A stretch of 48,524 nt of DNA from the NCBI GenBank assembly GCA_017543005.1, contig JAFWEA010000100.1:1-48524 (forward strand), in the 5' to 3' direction. The position numbers and the translations under genes are program-made. This document shows positions 45,535-48,524 of this stretch, one piece after another (within the stretch, counting starts at the first letter, position 1; every line of letters starts with the position of its first letter). The DNA comes from Solobacterium sp. (GTDB lineage: Bacteria; Bacillota_I; Bacilli_A; Erysipelotrichales; Erysipelotrichaceae). The notes beneath the pieces are model-generated. The model searched no databases and was not told the DNA's origin. It was given only the letters and a program-made list of their open reading frames with translations.

Positions 45535-46239
45535 TTCACATTCCTTCAGATAGCGCCGCATAATTTCCTTATGCATTTCATCGGTGACCATGCGTTCAGG
45601 ATGCCACTGGACCGCGGTCACCAGTTTGTTTTCAAAGGCTTCCGTGATGCCGTCCGGTGATACACCGGTGATGGTGAAGCAGTCTGCGACTTTATCCACT
45701 GCCTGGTGATGGAACGAATTGACGCCGTGTTCATCACCGAAAATATCATGCATGCGGGAACCCGGCACAAAACGTGTCATATGTGCCGGCTGGGAACGAT
45801 CCATAATCGGCGGATCCAGCTTGAACTGGTGATGAATATTGAAATTTCTGCCGTCTGTCGGAATATCCTGAATCATATCACCGCCCTCGGCAACGTTGAT
45901 GATCTGCATGCCGCGGCAGATGCCCAGGACCGGCTTGTTCAGCGAAATAAATGCCCGGTACAGATAAATGTCAGTCATGTCGATACCGATTTCCGGCACA
46001 GCGCTGGCGGTGTTTTCCTGACCGTAAAGAGAAGGTTCGATGTCCTCGCCGCCGGTAATGAGCAGCCCGTCAAGACCTTCGGCAGCTGCCATTGCTTCTT
46101 CTTCGTCAAGAATCGGCAGCATAACCGGCAGACCGCCGGCCATCTGAACATATTTGAAGTAGGAACTGAAGTCGTAGTAGGAATGCAGTCCGTAAACTTC
46201 ACCGGATCTGCAGGTGATGCCAATCATCATTTTTCTCAT
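45511..46239 (-). CDS. Peptidase C26 / gamma-glutamyl-GABA hydrolase family
   Basis: AGGLPVMLP, DGLLITGGEDI, LGICRGMQ, VNSFHHQAV and VQWHPE. Confidence 0.9.
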   Translation of the reverse strand: MRKMMIGITCRSGEVYGLHSYYDFSSYFKYVQMAGGLPVMLPILDEEEAMAAAEGLDGLLITGGEDIEPSLYGQENTASAVPEIGIDMTDIYLYRAFISLNKPVLGICRGMQIINVAEGGDMIQDIPTDGRNFNIHHQFKLDPPIMDRSQPAHMTRFVPGSRMHDIFGDEHGVNSFHHQAVDKVADCFTITGVSPDGITEAFENKLVTAVQWHPERMVTDEMHKEIMRRYLKECESAAQKTL

Positions 46240-46304
46240 AATCTCAACTCCCTGCGATTATTCTAACATCTTCGGCACAGCGGGTGAATCTTAATTGTCA
46301 TAAC

Positions 46305-46317
46305 TATGCTAGAATAG
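46305..46317 (+). promoter_or_regulatory. Extended -10 promoter of rsmE-mtaB
   Basis: TGcTAGAAT about 17 nt before the rsmE ATG. Confidence 0.55.
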
Positions 46318-46332
46318 GATATCGGTGAGACA

Positions 46333-47055
46333 ATGCAGCAGTATTTTGCGGATCAGCCGCTGGTGAGCGGCATGACATATGAACTGACACCGGAACAGGC
46401 CCATCATGCCGGCACGGTTCTGCGGATGGACGGTGAAACGATCCGGCTCGTCTATGACGGGCAGGGTTATTTTGCCGTTGTGCACAAAGCCGGGAAAAAG
46501 ATGACGGCTGAAGTCATCGGCATTGATCCCGAGCCGAAGGAACTGCCGCTGGACATCACTCTGGCCATGGCGCTGATCCGCCGGGAGAAACTGGAACTGG
46601 TGCTGCAGAAAGCGGCGGAAGTGGGAATCAGCCGGATCATTCTGTTTGAATCTTCCCGCTGTGTCGTCCACGCCCGCAATGAGAGGATTGACCGGCAGCT
46701 CGAGCGCTGGCGCAGCATCCTGCAGGAAGCCAGTGAGCAGTGCAAGCGGGACCGGATTCCCGAACTGATCGGGATTGTGCCGTTTGCCCAGCTGCCTGCC
46801 CTGAAGCAGGGAACAGGCCTGCTGGCTTATGAAAAGGCAGGAATGGAAGCATACCGGCTGAGCACGGTGCCGCTGGAAAAGGCCTGCACCGTCGTGATCG
46901 GGCCGGAAGGCGGGTTTTCCCCTGAAGAGGCGGATCGTCTGCTGCAGGCAGGCTTTGTGACGGTGAGTCTCGGGCGGCGGATTCTCAGAGCGGAAACAGC
47001 AGCCATCTATGCCGGCAGTGTGCTGGCCGAACGGGCAGAAAGCGGGGCAGTATGA
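46333..47055 (+). CDS. rsmE: 16S rRNA m3U1498 methyltransferase
   Basis: HHAGTVLRM, QKAAEVG, EASEQC, IGPEGGFS and LGRRILRAETA. Confidence 0.96.
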   Translation: MQQYFADQPLVSGMTYELTPEQAHHAGTVLRMDGETIRLVYDGQGYFAVVHKAGKKMTAEVIGIDPEPKELPLDITLAMALIRREKLELVLQKAAEVGISRIILFESSRCVVHARNERIDRQLERWRSILQEASEQCKRDRIPELIGIVPFAQLPALKQGTGLLAYEKAGMEAYRLSTVPLEKACTVVIGPEGGFSPEEADRLLQAGFVTVSLGRRILRAETAAIYAGSVLAERAESGAV

Positions 47056-48338
47056 AATTCAGTGTGATGAACCTCGGCTGCAAGGTCAACGCCTATGAAA
47101 GCGAGAGCGTGGCAGCCTTGTTTGAAGCAGCCGGATATGAACGGACAGAATTCGGGGAAGCCTGCGATGTGGCGGTGATTTTTACCTGTGCCGTGACCAA
47201 TACGGCGGCGCAGAAGAGCCGCCAGATGGTCCACCGGGCCAGACGCAAGAACCCGGACGCGATCGTGGCGGTCGCCGGGTGCTACGTGCAGATTGACCCG
47301 GATGTGCTGGGCGATGTGCAGGTGCTGGTCGGGACAGCCGACAAGACAAAGATTCCTGAATTTGTCGAAGAATACAGAAAGACCGGCGTGCCGGTCCGGC
47401 ATCTGACCGATATGGAGAATATGCCGTTTGAGAATATGGGCATGGACCGTTTCGAATACCAGTCCCGGGCCTACCTGAAGGTGCAGGACGGCTGCAATCA
47501 GTTCTGCAGTTACTGCGTGATTCCCTATGCCCGCGGCCGGGAGCGTTCCATGGCCCCGGATGATGTCATCCGGGAAGCGAAGAAACTGGCGGAGAATCAC
47601 CGTGAGATCGTCCTGACCGGCATCCATACGGGCCGTTACGGACGGGAGTACGGGGTAAGCCTGGCCCAGCTGATGAAGCGGATCCTGGCAGCGGCCCCGA
47701 AGCTGGAACGGCTGCGCATCTCCTCGATTGAAATCACGGAGATTGATGATGAGCTGATCGATCTGCTGCAGCACGACAAACGGGTGGCAAGACACCTGCA
47801 TATCCCGCTGCAGTCGGGCTGTGATACGGTTCTGCAGCGCATGAACCGGCCGTATAGCACGGCAGAGTATTATGCTAGAATAGAAAAGATCCGTGAGGTA
47901 CTTCCGGATATTTCCATCTCGGCGGACCTGATTACCGGGTTCCCGCAGGAAACCGAAGAAGAACACCGCAGGACGTGTGACTTCCTGCGCCAGTGCCGGT
48001 TCTCGTTCCTGCATGTGTTCCCGTACAGCCTGCGCAGCGGTACGTCAGCCGAAAAGATGAGCGGGCATCTGGCCCCCGAAGTCAAGAAAAAGCGGGCGGC
48101 CGAGTGCATGGCCATCTCGGAAGAACTCTACGATATTTATAAGTCCGGCTGGCTGGGCCGGCAGGCGGAAGTGCTGTATGAAACCGCCAGGGACGGTTAT
48201 ACAGCCGGCCATACATCAGAGTATCTGCCGGTGCGGGTTGAAGGCATTCACCCGGCCGGGGAAATGGCAGCGGTTCTGATCAGTAAGCTTCAGGACCACC
48301 AGTTATATGGAAAGGCAGTGAATCAGAGTGAATCTTAG
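47052..48338 (+). CDS. mtaB: tRNA t6A methylthiotransferase MtaB
   Basis: LGCKVNAYES, TCAVT, KVQDGCNQFCSYC, LTGIHTG and HVFPYS. Confidence 0.95.
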   Translation: MKFSVMNLGCKVNAYESESVAALFEAAGYERTEFGEACDVAVIFTCAVTNTAAQKSRQMVHRARRKNPDAIVAVAGCYVQIDPDVLGDVQVLVGTADKTKIPEFVEEYRKTGVPVRHLTDMENMPFENMGMDRFEYQSRAYLKVQDGCNQFCSYCVIPYARGRERSMAPDDVIREAKKLAENHREIVLTGIHTGRYGREYGVSLAQLMKRILAAAPKLERLRISSIEITEIDDELIDLLQHDKRVARHLHIPLQSGCDTVLQRMNRPYSTAEYYARIEKIREVLPDISISADLITGFPQETEEEHRRTCDFLRQCRFSFLHVFPYSLRSGTSAEKMSGHLAPEVKKKRAAECMAISEELYDIYKSGWLGRQAEVLYETARDGYTAGHTSEYLPVRVEGIHPAGEMAAVLISKLQDHQLYGKAVNQSES

Positions 48339-48524
48339 GGAACTGTTTGAGAATGTCCCGGACATTGAGATCAAAAGCCTGATGGCGGACAGCCGGAAAA
48401 AGCGGCCGGATTCGATCTTCTTCTGTGTCCGCGGCATGATGAACGACGGGCACAAATTCATCCCGCAGGCCATCCAGAACGGAGCCAGGGTGATTGTGCA
48501 TTCCGAACCGGTGGAGGACAAGGA
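48328..48524 (+). CDS. murE: Mur ligase N-terminus, probably MurE; 3'-partial
   Basis: Not in the ORF track. GTG 48328 reads MNLRELFENVPDIEIKSLMADSRKKRPDSIFFCVRGMMNDGHKFIPQAIQNGA (DSR..FFC.G..DGH motif). Confidence 0.8.
   Translation, partial: MNLRELFENVPDIEIKSLMADSRKKRPDSIFFCVRGMMNDGHKFIPQAIQNGARVIVHSEPVEDK

Noticed and set aside
1-48524. CRISPR arrays, tandem repeats, parS sites, riboswitches and defence systems
   Set aside because: None seen by eye. Intergenic regions are short and explained by promoters and terminators. Weak or degenerate sites could have been missed without computation.

Overview
Core-chromosome window of a GC-rich Firmicute, most likely Erysipelotrichaceae (Solobacterium/Bulleidia-like; inferred from protein style and gene order, not from a search). 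It is densely coding, with about 47 CDS and one tRNA-Val(CAC). No IS, integrase, prophage, CRISPR or rRNA was seen. Blocks in order: GT4-RecX fusion/yhaM/murT/gatD; hit and two PrsA-like foldases; sufCDSUB; tRNA-Val; a two-gene MscS/solute-binding-protein unit; proC; priA-rsmB-rlmN-stp-pknB-rsgA-rpe-thiN; rpmB; ftsA-ftsZ; NUDIX/GNAT-C39/GH73/mini-ParB/rluB; rqcH; gmk; rpsD with its leader; ezrA-desulfurase-thiI; a divergent pair of degenerate phosphatases; rsmE-mtaB-murE (partial). The best candidate for an undescribed system is the terminator-bounded operon at 12322-16742. It encodes an 1119-aa MscS channel with two extracellular Cache-like sensor modules, translationally coupled to an orphan SsuA/THI5-type solute-binding lipoprotein, suggesting a ligand- or SBP-gated channel. 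Other notable items are several apparent pseudo-enzymes (HAD, metallophosphoesterase, parvulin, FtsA), a stand-alone ParB CTPase-like mini-protein and promoters embedded inside genes. All calls come from motif recognition by eye; no database search was run.
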